Source of the DNA: Patescibacteria group bacterium
GTDB lineage: Bacteria > Patescibacteriota > Patescibacteriia > JBHPGJ01
Assembly: GCA_042570545.1 (NCBI GenBank)
Contig: JBHPGJ010000006.1
Location: 1,327 to 65,326, forward strand
Length of the DNA: 64,000 nucleotides
Reading direction: 5' to 3'
The translations under genes and the position numbers were made by a program. The notes under the pieces were generated by a model that did not search any database, was not told the origin of the DNA, and worked only from the letters and a program-made list of their open reading frames with translations. Below, in pieces: positions 28,913 through 40,363 of the stretch (positions within the stretch are counted from its first letter, which is position 1; the number at the start of each line of letters is the position of its first letter).

Positions 28913-29113
28913 TTAAATAACATGCTGAAACATATGGAAAACCAAAAAGGCCGGCCAGACAATAGCTTTTATAACTCCGAATACACCAACCCAGAAAGTG
29001 GTGGCCTCACTAATGTAATAAATTGCGGCACCTACAAAGCCCATGCCATAAATGGCACTGGAAGTGGTGGTCTTATTTATTGTTATTAAGCTCCATTTTT
29101 TTTCGTCGCTCAT
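28913..29113 (-). CDS. small membrane protein (66 aa), hypothetical
   Basis: Two hydrophobic segments; short ORF. Confidence 0.3.
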   Translation of the reverse strand: MSDEKKWSLITINKTTTSSAIYGMGFVGAAIYYISEATTFWVGVFGVIKAIVWPAFLVFHMFQHVI

Positions 29114-29124
29114 AGTAAGATTAA

Positions 29125-29478
29125 TTAATGTTTAGCTTTTTTATAAACTATTTTTAATAGTTTTGTAATTTTGGTTTTATCAACCTCTTTAGTAGTAAAT
29201 ATCTTTAAATGCCGCATTGTTTTACCGTCCCCTTCAATTTGTTCAAGCTCATTTTTTGTCAGCCCCTTGATTTTAAAACCAAGATTAACTTTATCCTTCA
29301 ATGCCCCAAGATAAAAAAGTTCACCGCCGTATACTGGCACGCCCCATTTCATTTCCTCTGTAATATCAGGAAAGGTCTTTAGAATTATAGATCTTAACTT
29401 CATGCAAATCTCCTTTTGGGGAGATTTTTGTTTGGCTATGTAAGCAACTACCTTTTTATCCATGCTTTTTATTTCCAA
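29125..29478 (-). CDS. DUF1801/YdhG-like small protein
   Basis: 117 aa; MKWGVPVYGG pattern. Confidence 0.45.
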   Translation of the reverse strand: MEIKSMDKKVVAYIAKQKSPQKEICMKLRSIILKTFPDITEEMKWGVPVYGGELFYLGALKDKVNLGFKIKGLTKNELEQIEGDGKTMRHLKIFTTKEVDKTKITKLLKIVYKKAKH

Positions 29479-29500
29479 AAATTAATATCTTTATCATTCG

Positions 29501-29590
29501 TGGCGGAGAGGGAGGGATTCGAACCCTCGAAGCCCGTTAAGACTTACTTGCTTTCCAAGCAAGCGCACTAGACCGCTATGCGACCTCTCC
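29501..29590 (-). tRNA. tRNA-Ser (anticodon GGA), 90 nt, long variable arm, CCA encoded
   Basis: Manual fold: acceptor GGAGAGG/CCTCTCC, anticodon stem CTTGC/GCAAG loop TTGGAAA, long variable arm, T-arm GAGGG-TTCGAAT-CCCTC. Confidence 0.85.
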
Positions 29591-29650
29591 TCACTATATA
29601 CAGGCACTATACCATATTATATTTGGCATAAATACACAATAATTCGCAAA

Positions 29651-29681
29651 GCACCGGTCCATGCTGACCGGTGCTTTTTTT
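29651..29681. terminator. strong hairpin (gcaccggtc/gaccggtgc) with T7 on plus strand between tRNA-Ser and ppsA; may act bidirectionally
   Basis: 9-bp GC stem; U-tract is on plus strand although both neighbours are minus-strand genes. Confidence 0.4.
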
Positions 29682-29698
29682 GATTTTATAGAGCTTTA

Positions 29699-32125
29699 CT
29701 AGCTTTTCTGTTTAAGTCTCTTTTCTGTTTCTAATACTTTTTTAGTTGTTTTTAAAACCGTATCAGGATTAAGAGAAATGCTATCAATGCCTTGCTCGAC
29801 TAAGAACTCAGCAAATTCCGGCATGTCTGATGGCGCTTGGCCGCAAATGCCAATATGTCGTTTTTTCTCTTTGGCCGTCTTTATTACTTGAGCCACCATT
29901 CTGGTAACTGCTTCATTCGATTCATTGCCCACGTGATCAATCAGCTCTGAATCACGGTCCAGTCCTAATACCAATTGCGTCAGATCATTTGAGCCAATAG
30001 AAAAACCATCAAATATTTTAGCAAACTTATCGGCCAGCACTACGTTGGATGGGATCTCACACATCACATATACTTCCAATCCATTTTTACCCCGACGCAA
30101 ACCGTAGCTGGACATAGCTTTGATAACTTTCTCGCCTTCATCAACTGTTCGGCAGAAAGGTACCATTACCTTCACATTAGTTAAGCCCATTTTATCGCGT
30201 ACTCGTTTGAGCGCTAGACATTCCAATCTAAAAGCCGGGGCATAGGCTTCGTCGTAATAACGTGATGCGCCCCGCCAGCCGATCATCGGATTTCTTTCTG
30301 TTGGTTCAAATTCCCGGCCGCCGATCAACTCAGCGTATTCATTAGATCGAAAATCTGACAAGCGTACAATCACTTCGTTGGGCCAGAAAGCAGCCGCGAT
30401 CATAGCAATGCCATAAGCTAATCGATCGACATAAAATAGTTTCTTATCAGTATAACCGACGGTTAAAGTATCAATTTTCTTTTTGGCCTGTTTATCTTTA
30501 AGTTTAGGGTATTTGATCAGGGCCATCGGGTGTATCTGAATATAGGAATTGATAATGAATTCCTGACGAGCCAGACCAACTCCGTCGTTAGGAATCTGTG
30601 ATGTCTTAAAAGCTAGCTCCGGTGTGCCAAATATCATTTTAATCTGAGTTTTTGGTCGTTTGAAACCCTTCAAATTATGTTTAGTTACTTTAAATGGCAG
30701 TTTGCCCTTATATACTTTGCCAACATCGCCCTCGGCACAAGAAACAGTCACTTGATCGCCAGTTTTTAATACTTTTGTAGCCTTTTCTGTACCAACTATA
30801 GCTGGTAAGCCAAGTTCACGCGAGACAATCGCCGCGTGAGAAGTCCGACCACCCTTATCGGTAACTATGGCCGAGGCGATCTTCATTATTGGTTCCCAGT
30901 CTGGATCGGTCATGTCCGTTACTAGTACTTCGCCGGCTTTAAACTTAGATATCTGCTTGGTGTCTTTAATGACATTCACCACTCCACTGGCAATCTTGGT
31001 ACCAACGGGCGAGCCAGTTGCTAAGACGGTGCCCTGGCGCTTGAGATTGTACTCTTCATAGGCATTGGGATCTTTTTGTGACTCCACCGTTTCCGGACGA
31101 GCCTGGATAATATAAAGACCCTTAGAGTCCTTCGCCCACTCCATGTCCATTGCTTTGCCATAATGATCTTCAATAACCACCGCCCACTTAGCTAACTGAA
31201 TGACATCTTTATCGGTTATAGAAAATTTATGCTGATCAGTCTCGGATACCGGCACATTCTTCACCGGACTTGAGCCCTGCCGATTATAAATCATCTTAAT
31301 TTTCTTCGTACCCAGCTTCTTAGAAATGATCGAAGTAAAGCCCTGTTTGAGCGTTGGCTTATGTACATAAAATTCATCCGGCGTCACCGCTCCCTGAACA
31401 ATATTCTCGCCCAGTCCCCAGGCAGCGTCAATCAGCACCGCCTGTTTGAAACCGGTCTCAGTATCAATGGAAAACATAACTCCCGATGACTTTGACTGGA
31501 CCATTTTCTGTATGCCGATCGACAAAGCAATATTGAAATGATCAAACTTTTTGTCTTGACGATAAGACATTGCTCGATCGGTGAACAACGAAGCAAAACA
31601 CTTGTGACAAGAGTTTATTAAAGCCTCTTCTCCTCTGATGTTTAAAAAGGTCTCCTGCTGACCGGCAAAGGAGGCATCGGGGAGGTCTTCAGCAGTAGCC
31701 GATGAACGAACAGCCAGATCAACGTTCTTACCATAGCGATGCTGCATTTGTTTATAGGCTTTGATGATCTCACGCTTTAATTCTACTGGAAATTCAGCTT
31801 CTCTGATCAGCGCTCTAACTTTCTGGCCTCTTTCATGAAGGTTTTTTACGTCATGGGTATTTAGATCAGCCAGGATCTTCTTTATTTTTCTTTTTAATCC
31901 AGTTTTACTTAATAACAACCGATAACCAGAAGCGGTGACTGCAAAGCCATCTGGCACTTCTACCCCTTTAGCTCCCAGCTCTCTAATCATTTCACCCAGG
32001 GAAGCATTCTTTCCACCGACCAAGGGCACGTCCTTAATTGTCAAATCTTTAAACCACAAAACTAATGCCCGCCGACGATTCACTTTGGATCGGGTTTTAG
32101 CTTTTTTAACTTTCTTTTTAGTCAT
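29699..32125 (-). CDS. ppsA: phosphoenolpyruvate synthase (pyruvate, water dikinase)
   Basis: 808 aa; ATP-grasp N-domain, phospho-His motif GGRTSHAAIVSRELG, C-terminal PEP-utilizing TIM barrel. Confidence 0.85.
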   Translation of the reverse strand: MTKKKVKKAKTRSKVNRRRALVLWFKDLTIKDVPLVGGKNASLGEMIRELGAKGVEVPDGFAVTASGYRLLLSKTGLKRKIKKILADLNTHDVKNLHERGQKVRALIREAEFPVELKREIIKAYKQMQHRYGKNVDLAVRSSATAEDLPDASFAGQQETFLNIRGEEALINSCHKCFASLFTDRAMSYRQDKKFDHFNIALSIGIQKMVQSKSSGVMFSIDTETGFKQAVLIDAAWGLGENIVQGAVTPDEFYVHKPTLKQGFTSIISKKLGTKKIKMIYNRQGSSPVKNVPVSETDQHKFSITDKDVIQLAKWAVVIEDHYGKAMDMEWAKDSKGLYIIQARPETVESQKDPNAYEEYNLKRQGTVLATGSPVGTKIASGVVNVIKDTKQISKFKAGEVLVTDMTDPDWEPIMKIASAIVTDKGGRTSHAAIVSRELGLPAIVGTEKATKVLKTGDQVTVSCAEGDVGKVYKGKLPFKVTKHNLKGFKRPKTQIKMIFGTPELAFKTSQIPNDGVGLARQEFIINSYIQIHPMALIKYPKLKDKQAKKKIDTLTVGYTDKKLFYVDRLAYGIAMIAAAFWPNEVIVRLSDFRSNEYAELIGGREFEPTERNPMIGWRGASRYYDEAYAPAFRLECLALKRVRDKMGLTNVKVMVPFCRTVDEGEKVIKAMSSYGLRRGKNGLEVYVMCEIPSNVVLADKFAKIFDGFSIGSNDLTQLVLGLDRDSELIDHVGNESNEAVTRMVAQVIKTAKEKKRHIGICGQAPSDMPEFAEFLVEQGIDSISLNPDTVLKTTKKVLETEKRLKQKS

Positions 32126-32209
32126 ATTAGTATAATCCAGGCGCCGAACTATTCGGGCGCATATAAATAATGTTACTGACTTTCAGTATAGATAATTTAG
32201 ACTCGGCTG

Positions 32210-32240
32210 GCAAACAAAAACTCCGCTTGATTTTCGGAGC
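32210..32240 (-). terminator. intrinsic terminator after DUF4870 gene (ctccg/cggag + U-tract on minus)
   Basis: Hairpin 32221-32240 with A-run 32212-32220 on plus strand. Confidence 0.4.
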
Positions 32241-32260
32241 TTTTGTTTTTAAAAGATTTC

Positions 32261-32581
32261 TTAAAAATTAATTTTTTCAGCTACTTCACTTACTAAGGGA
32301 GCCTTCCACCAGGCACCGTTCAGGGATTGAATAATTCCAATAATAACTAGTACCAGTACAACCAAATTTAGCAGCCAGCCCAAAACGGGAATAAACCAGA
32401 ATATAATTGACGCTATCCATAAGACAAAACCTTGCTTGGCATGAAACTGAACAAATTTAGAATCTTTTTTGACTAATAGCATAATCAAACTGACTACCCA
32501 GATATATGATATGGCGGCCATTACTTTGTTGTCTTGAACATCATTTTGATTAGCGCTTGGTTCATCTGCCATGTTGCTCAC
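32261..32581 (-). CDS. small membrane protein, DUF4870-like
   Basis: 106 aa; FHAKQG motif between TM helices. Confidence 0.45.
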   Translation of the reverse strand: MSNMADEPSANQNDVQDNKVMAAISYIWVVSLIMLLVKKDSKFVQFHAKQGFVLWIASIIFWFIPVLGWLLNLVVLVLVIIGIIQSLNGAWWKAPLVSEVAEKINF

Positions 32582-33104
32582 CCCCCTTCGCCTTCTTGTT
32601 TTTATCTGTATTCAAACCACTTCCCGGTACGATCGCTTTATGAATGTGTGATTTGCGATGAAGTATTAAATATATAGCGGCGCCAAACAGCAGACCAGCC
32701 AGGCCAGTAGCAAGTGTTTCGGTAATAATATTGAAAAACAAATATACTTTCCAGTAATAAATCAATTTGAAGACAGAGACAAAAAATCCTAAAGCTAGAC
32801 CGGCAATGGTCCCCAGGGTAGCTGTTTGAATTTGCGTGCCCTTTTCGCGCTTGGCCATCATCCAGCCAAGAAATACGAAGTACAAGAAATCAGTAAAAAT
32901 AATGTAGACCATCGGTTGGATGGTGACATATAAAATAATGTTTACTGCCAGGGCTATGAAAAAGGGCCAGCGAAATAAATTCCAGTAATACAAGAAGTCC
33001 TTGCCGGCCAAGGGCGGCTGTTTTTCTGTTTTATGTTCGTTTATTTCGCCCCTTCCTTCTTCCATGGCAATTAAAATTATAACAGGCTTAGTATATGTTG
33101 ACAA
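32562..33104 (-). CDS. hypothetical polytopic membrane protein
   Basis: 180 aa, 4-5 TM. Confidence 0.45.
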   Translation of the reverse strand: MSTYTKPVIILIAMEEGRGEINEHKTEKQPPLAGKDFLYYWNLFRWPFFIALAVNIILYVTIQPMVYIIFTDFLYFVFLGWMMAKREKGTQIQTATLGTIAGLALGFFVSVFKLIYYWKVYLFFNIITETLATGLAGLLFGAAIYLILHRKSHIHKAIVPGSGLNTDKNKKAKGGEQHGR

Positions 33105-33171
33105 TCCACCCGGATGGCAAATTGAGCTTTTATTTATTTATTAAAAATAAGATCAGACATCTGGGAAACAG

Positions 33172-33201
33172 AATACCAAAAAGCCGGCCATTGTGGCCGG
33201 C
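33172..33201 (-). terminator. intrinsic terminator after groEL (agccggcc/ggccggct)
   Basis: 8-bp GC stem followed by U-tract on minus strand. Confidence 0.55.
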
Positions 33202-33222
33202 TTTCCAAAAATCTAGTAATGA

Positions 33223-35185
<1,963 letters not shown>

Positions 35186-35227
35186 ATATTAATTATTAAC
35201 TATTAATTATTAAGTTAAATCTTCATT

Positions 35228-35254
35228 TTTAGCACTCCCTATCTTAGAGTGCTA
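35228..35254. promoter_or_regulatory. CIRCE operator (HrcA binding site) TTAGCACTC-N9-GAGTGCTAA upstream of groES
   Basis: Perfect 9-9-9 inverted repeat matching CIRCE consensus. Confidence 0.75.
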
Positions 35255-35271
35255 ATTTGAAATGTTTTGGT

Positions 35272-35299
35272 ATTATAACAATCCGCTATTTACTGTCAA
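35272..35299 (-). promoter_or_regulatory. sigma70-type promoter for groESL (TTGACA-16-TATAAT on minus strand)
   Basis: Consensus hexamers on minus strand, directly upstream of CIRCE. Confidence 0.5.
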
Positions 35300-35405
35300 G
35301 TATGGCCTAAATATATAAAAAAATGATGTTTATCAAAATCTATTAAGTAAAATTAGAAAAACAAAGAAAATATAATGATATCACTGACTAATAATGACTC
35401 TAATA

Positions 35406-35434
35406 TTGACAACTACAACATCTAGTAGTATACT
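35406..35434 (+). promoter_or_regulatory. sigma70-type promoter for nrdAB (TTGACA-17-TATACT), long 5' UTR
   Basis: Consensus -35, 17-nt spacer, near-consensus -10; about 345 nt upstream of nrdA ATG. Confidence 0.4.
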
Positions 35435-35779
35435 TAGGTGCAGAGATACTATATATTGATTTTATTTGTTAAAACACTTCTGCTTGTTTATCAATGATTC
35501 GTAAAATTGCTGTTATCCACACTTGGAGCCAGCTAACAAATAATCTATAATAGCCTAGCCGCACTTGGCGGCGCTCTTAAAAACAAAAATATTGATTAGT
35601 CCTGAGCGGTTCTGCCGAAACCCATATAATCTGAATACCTCGAATTGTTGCTACCAGTCATGATATCTCTGAATTAGCCCAATTAAATTTAAATTTGCTC
35701 GCCTAGGACATGAGGGGTACTTTTTGTGCCCGCTTAATATGGATCTGGTATTAATTTATATAATTAACTTATTAAAAAT

Positions 35780-38638
35780 ATGGCTCTCACAAAAATAAAA
35801 AAGCGAAATGGATTAATTGCCGACTTTGATCGTAATAAGATTGCCAATGCCATCAGCATGGCCTGTCAAGCCACAAATTCTGAGGTAAAAGAAGAAACCA
35901 TTACCGCCATCACCGATAAGGTGCTGTCTTTGATTGAAATAAAATTTACCGAGGCCATACCCGGAGTTGAAGATATCCAAGATGCCGTTGAGCAGCAACT
36001 GGCTGAAAACGGATTGTTTGAAGTGGCCAAGGCTTATATACTCTACCGAAAAAAGCAGCAGGAGCTTCGCGAGGTAAGAAAAAGTGAAATAAAAGAAAGG
36101 GCTGAAAAGCAACAGCTTACCGTTACTAAACGTGATAGTTCAGTGGTTTCTTTTGACGGTCAAGAAATCATTGACACTCTTAAAGGACAGTTACCGGACT
36201 TAGTTAAGCAGATTGATTTTAATGAAATAGTAAAAGAGGTTGAGTTTAATTTGTTTGACGGTATATCGACCAAGGAGATTACCAAGCTAGTCGGCATTGC
36301 TGTTCGCGGCCGCGTAGAAAAAGACCAGATATATTCTCAGGCCGGAGCGCGAATATTATTTAATGATTTATATAAAGATATTCTAGGCTATGATGAATCT
36401 TACAAAGATTTTAAGAAAATATATAAAGACGCTTTTGCCAATCAAATAAAAGCCGGCGTTAAGGCTGGTCGATTAGCCAAAGCTATGCTGAATTATGACA
36501 TCAAAACTCTGACCGACTCCTTGGACATAGAGAGGGATAAACTATTCACCTACTTGGGCGCCCAGACTCTTTATGACCGCTATTTTATCCGTGATGCTGA
36601 TCAAAATATTTTGGAGTTGCCGCAACATTTCTGGATGCGTGTGGCTATGGGCCTGGCTTTAAATGAGAAAGAAGATGATCGAAATGAAAAGGCCTTAGAG
36701 TTCTATGAAACGATTTCGGCTTTACTATATGTTCCGTCTACGCCAACTCTATTTCACTCCGGTACCAACCATCCGCAAATGAGCTCATGCTATCTGACAA
36801 CAGTAGAAGATGATCTGGCTCATATTTTTAAATCGATCGGCGATAACGCTCAATTATCAAAATGGTCGGGTGGCCTGGGCGGTGACTGGACAAACATCAG
36901 AGCCACCGGGTCGGCTATTAAAAGCACCAACGTCGGCAGTCAGGGCGTCATCCCCTTTCTCAAGATCGCTGACGCTACTACCGGTGCCATTAATCGCAGC
37001 GGTAAAAGACGCGGAGCAGCTTGTGTCTATCTAGAGACTTGGCATTATGATATTGAATCATTCTTAGAACTTAGAAAAAACACCGGTGATGACCGGCGCC
37101 GTACTCATGATACCAATACCTCTAATTGGATCCCTGATTTGTTTATGCAAAGAGTGATCAACGACCGGGACTGGACTCTTTTCTCACCCGATGAAACGCC
37201 TGAGCTGCACCACATATATGGTCAGGAATTCAAAAAACGCTATGAGGAGTATGAAGCCAAAGCTGCCGCTGGTGAAATAAAGTTGTTCAAAAAGATCAAA
37301 GCCAAGGACTTGTGGCGTAAGATGATCACTATGTTGTTTGAGACTGGTCACCCCTGGATCACTTTTAAAGATCCCATCAATATCCGCTCACCTCAGGACC
37401 ACACCGGCGTAGTTCATAGTTCAAATTTATGTACGGAAATAACACTCAATACCTCGGCTGATGAGACGGCCGTATGTAATCTTGGTTCAATTAACTTGGC
37501 CCGGCACATGAGCAATGGTCAGTTAAATAGAGAATTGATAAAAGCCACGGTTACCATCGCCATCAGAATGCTTGATAACGTAATCGATCTAAACTTCTAC
37601 CCCACCCCAGAAGCAGAGAATTCCAACCTAAAGCACCGTCCAATTGGACTGGGCATCATGGGTTTGCAGGACGCCCTTTTTATGATGAAGCAGGAGTTTG
37701 ACGGCGATGTGGCGGTTGAATTCTCGGATGAAATGATGGAATATATTTCTTACTACGCTATTCTGTCGTCTTCACAATTAGCCAAAGAAAGAAGTCCCTA
37801 TAAAAGTTATAAGGGCTCCAAGTGGGACCGGGGCATCTTCCCGCTGGATACAATTGAATTACTGGCAGCAGAACGTGGAGAAGATATAGAGGTTGATCGC
37901 CAAAGTAAAATGGATTGGGCTCCAGTCCGAGAGCACGTTAAGCAATACGGCATGAGAAATTCAAATACCATGGCTGTTGCTCCGACGGCTACTATATCCA
38001 ATATTGCCGGTTGTCTGCCGACTATCGAACCGATCTATAAGAACCTCTATGTAAAATCAAATGCTAGTGGTGAATTTACCGTCTTAAACAAATATCTGGT
38101 AGCGGAATTGAAAAAGATAGATCTGTGGAATCAAGAAATGATTGAGAAGATCAAGCATTATGACGGCAGTATACAAAAGATAACTGAGATCCCGGCTGAG
38201 CTTCGGCAGCTGTATCGTGAGGTTTTCGAAATCGATACTCTTTATATCATCAAACACGCTGCTCGGCGTGCCAAATGGATCGACCAAAGTCAGTCAGTCA
38301 ATATATTTTCTAATACCCAATCAGGCGCTGCTCTATCAAAGATCTACCAGCAGGCTTGGCGATCGGGACTGAAGACCACTTACTACCTGCGCACTCTCGG
38401 TGCAACCACAATCGAAAAAAGCACCGTAGATATTAATAAGAAGTATGACCACGATGATAATAAGCAGGCTAAGCATGATCACGATCATGACCACGCCCAC
38501 GAACATCATCAGCACCAACCAGTCGTTGCTCAACCATCAACTGTCGGGGCCAAGCAAACAGAGCCGATAGCGGTAGCTGTACCGGCAAGCTCAACCGATG
38601 AACATCCCGACGATCTCACTTGCGAGGCTTGTCAATAA
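35780..38638 (+). CDS. nrdA: ribonucleoside-diphosphate reductase class Ia alpha subunit with N-terminal ATP-cone and C-terminal His-rich tail
   Basis: 952 aa; ATP-cone, conserved active-site motifs (NLCTEI), C-terminal CEACQ; His-rich HDHDHDHAHEHHQHQ tail. Confidence 0.9.
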   Translation: MALTKIKKRNGLIADFDRNKIANAISMACQATNSEVKEETITAITDKVLSLIEIKFTEAIPGVEDIQDAVEQQLAENGLFEVAKAYILYRKKQQELREVRKSEIKERAEKQQLTVTKRDSSVVSFDGQEIIDTLKGQLPDLVKQIDFNEIVKEVEFNLFDGISTKEITKLVGIAVRGRVEKDQIYSQAGARILFNDLYKDILGYDESYKDFKKIYKDAFANQIKAGVKAGRLAKAMLNYDIKTLTDSLDIERDKLFTYLGAQTLYDRYFIRDADQNILELPQHFWMRVAMGLALNEKEDDRNEKALEFYETISALLYVPSTPTLFHSGTNHPQMSSCYLTTVEDDLAHIFKSIGDNAQLSKWSGGLGGDWTNIRATGSAIKSTNVGSQGVIPFLKIADATTGAINRSGKRRGAACVYLETWHYDIESFLELRKNTGDDRRRTHDTNTSNWIPDLFMQRVINDRDWTLFSPDETPELHHIYGQEFKKRYEEYEAKAAAGEIKLFKKIKAKDLWRKMITMLFETGHPWITFKDPINIRSPQDHTGVVHSSNLCTEITLNTSADETAVCNLGSINLARHMSNGQLNRELIKATVTIAIRMLDNVIDLNFYPTPEAENSNLKHRPIGLGIMGLQDALFMMKQEFDGDVAVEFSDEMMEYISYYAILSSSQLAKERSPYKSYKGSKWDRGIFPLDTIELLAAERGEDIEVDRQSKMDWAPVREHVKQYGMRNSNTMAVAPTATISNIAGCLPTIEPIYKNLYVKSNASGEFTVLNKYLVAELKKIDLWNQEMIEKIKHYDGSIQKITEIPAELRQLYREVFEIDTLYIIKHAARRAKWIDQSQSVNIFSNTQSGAALSKIYQQAWRSGLKTTYYLRTLGATTIEKSTVDINKKYDHDDNKQAKHDHDHDHAHEHHQHQPVVAQPSTVGAKQTEPIAVAVPASSTDEHPDDLTCEACQ

Positions 38639-38655
38639 AAAATAATCTATAACCT

Positions 38656-39669
38656 ATGGACAAAGAAGTAAAAACAATTATCAATTCCAGTAAAACTGAT
38701 CCCAATAAGATCCTGCCGATAAAATATCATTGGGCCCGGCAGCATTATAAGGATGGCGTTGCTAATAATTGGGTACCAGAAGAAGTAAATATGCAAAAAG
38801 ATGTTGAGATGTGGAAGAGTCCTGATGCCCTGAGTAAAGATGAACGCCGCATGATCATGTGGAACATGGGCTTCTTCTCTACAGCCGAGAGCTTAACGGC
38901 CAATAACATAGTGCTGACAATATATGAGCACGTGACAAATCCCGAGTGCCGGCAATACCTTCTGCGTCAAGCCTATGAGGAAGCAATCCATACTGACACT
39001 TTCATCTACTCTTGCGATACCCTGGGATTAGATCCCGATGAGGTCTATACCATGTATAATGACATTCCCAGTATCAAGGCCAAAGATGACTTTGTGGTCA
39101 ATATGACAAAATCTCTGATGGATAAGAATTTCTCCACCGAGGGGACAGAGAACATACAACGGTTTGTACACGACCTGGTTGGTTTTTATATCATTATGGA
39201 GGGTATATTCTTCTATGCTGGTTTTGTGATGATGCTGTCGCTTCTACGTCAGAATAAGATGGTTGGGGTTGGTGAACAGTTCCAATTTATCTTGCGTGAT
39301 GAATCAATCCATTTGGCTTTTGGCGCCGATCTTACTAACCAGATCGTCAAAGAAAATCCAGAGATCTGGACCGATGAATTTAAGAAGACTATCACCGATA
39401 ATATCAAAGAAGCGGTTGAGCTGGAGTACGCCTACGCTAAAGACTGTCTGCCCAAGGGTATCCTGGGTCTGAATGCTGAAACCATAAAAGGATACGTGCA
39501 GTACATTGCCGACCGGCGTCTGGAAAGGATCAATCTGCCTACTATCTATGGCTCTAAAAACCCCTACCCCTGGATGAGTGAGATAATTGATCTAAAGAAA
39601 GAAAAGAATTTCTTTGAAACCCGGGTCACTGAATACCAAACCGGCGGCAATTTGAGTTGGGACGAATAA
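38656..39669 (+). CDS. nrdB: ribonucleoside-diphosphate reductase beta subunit
   Basis: 337 aa; di-iron ligands EEAIH ... ESIH, tyrosyl radical region. Confidence 0.9.
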   Translation: MDKEVKTIINSSKTDPNKILPIKYHWARQHYKDGVANNWVPEEVNMQKDVEMWKSPDALSKDERRMIMWNMGFFSTAESLTANNIVLTIYEHVTNPECRQYLLRQAYEEAIHTDTFIYSCDTLGLDPDEVYTMYNDIPSIKAKDDFVVNMTKSLMDKNFSTEGTENIQRFVHDLVGFYIIMEGIFFYAGFVMMLSLLRQNKMVGVGEQFQFILRDESIHLAFGADLTNQIVKENPEIWTDEFKKTITDNIKEAVELEYAYAKDCLPKGILGLNAETIKGYVQYIADRRLERINLPTIYGSKNPYPWMSEIIDLKKEKNFFETRVTEYQTGGNLSWDE

Positions 39670-39676
39670 TATACAA

Positions 39677-40363
39677 CTATCGCTTTCCTATCACGGCCAC
39701 CATCGTTCGTAGTTCCCCCGGTTTATCGCGACGCCAGGAAAAATATTTGTCAGTTTTTTCATACGTGCACTCTGGCATAACAGTTATATTTTTTTCAATG
39801 GCACCAGCTTTTTTCAGCTGCCCGACTGCTTCGGCGCCTAAATCAAGAAATATCTTGTCATCACGCTTCTCAAGAACGCTCTTATCAAATTGTTCTGCTA
39901 CCTCATTATTAATATCGTAATGGCACGCACCAATACCGGGACCTACAACAACTACTAATTGTTCCGGTAGAGTACTAAAGCTTTCTTTCATTGCGCCAAC
40001 ACTACCCTCAGCGATACCGGCAGCTAATCCGCGCCAGCCGGCGTGGAGCAATCCTAGAGCATTATGATCTGGGTCATATAATAAAATCGGTAAACAATCG
40101 GCTACCGTAACTATTAGAAAAAGATTGTTATTTTTAGTAACTAATCCGTCGCCATTGTATGAGCCTGGCTCCGTCACTGGGACAATAGTAGAGCCGTGTG
40201 TTAGATGAGCTCGCGCCACTTGGGTATCAGAAATTCCCAATTTGTCAAAAAATCGTTGACGGTTAGTTTCATTAATTGCTGTACTTATGCCCATTGGGCC
40301 GTCGATAATTTCCGATATTGCTGCTAATAGGTTGTTATGTTTGCGAAATAAACCATTGATCAT
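39677..40363 (-). CDS. pgeF: peptidoglycan editing factor PgeF (YfiH/DUF152 family)
   Basis: 228 aa; DCLPILLYDP ... LLHAGWRG motifs. Confidence 0.8.
   Translation of the reverse strand: MINGLFRKHNNLLAAISEIIDGPMGISTAINETNRQRFFDKLGISDTQVARAHLTHGSTIVPVTEPGSYNGDGLVTKNNNLFLIVTVADCLPILLYDPDHNALGLLHAGWRGLAAGIAEGSVGAMKESFSTLPEQLVVVVGPGIGACHYDINNEVAEQFDKSVLEKRDDKIFLDLGAEAVGQLKKAGAIEKNITVMPECTYEKTDKYFSWRRDKPGELRTMVAVIGKR

Noticed and set aside
35380-35480. NrdR boxes in the nrdA leader
   Set aside because: AT-rich segments such as ACTATATATTG are only partial matches to the NrdR palindrome. No two properly spaced boxes were found.
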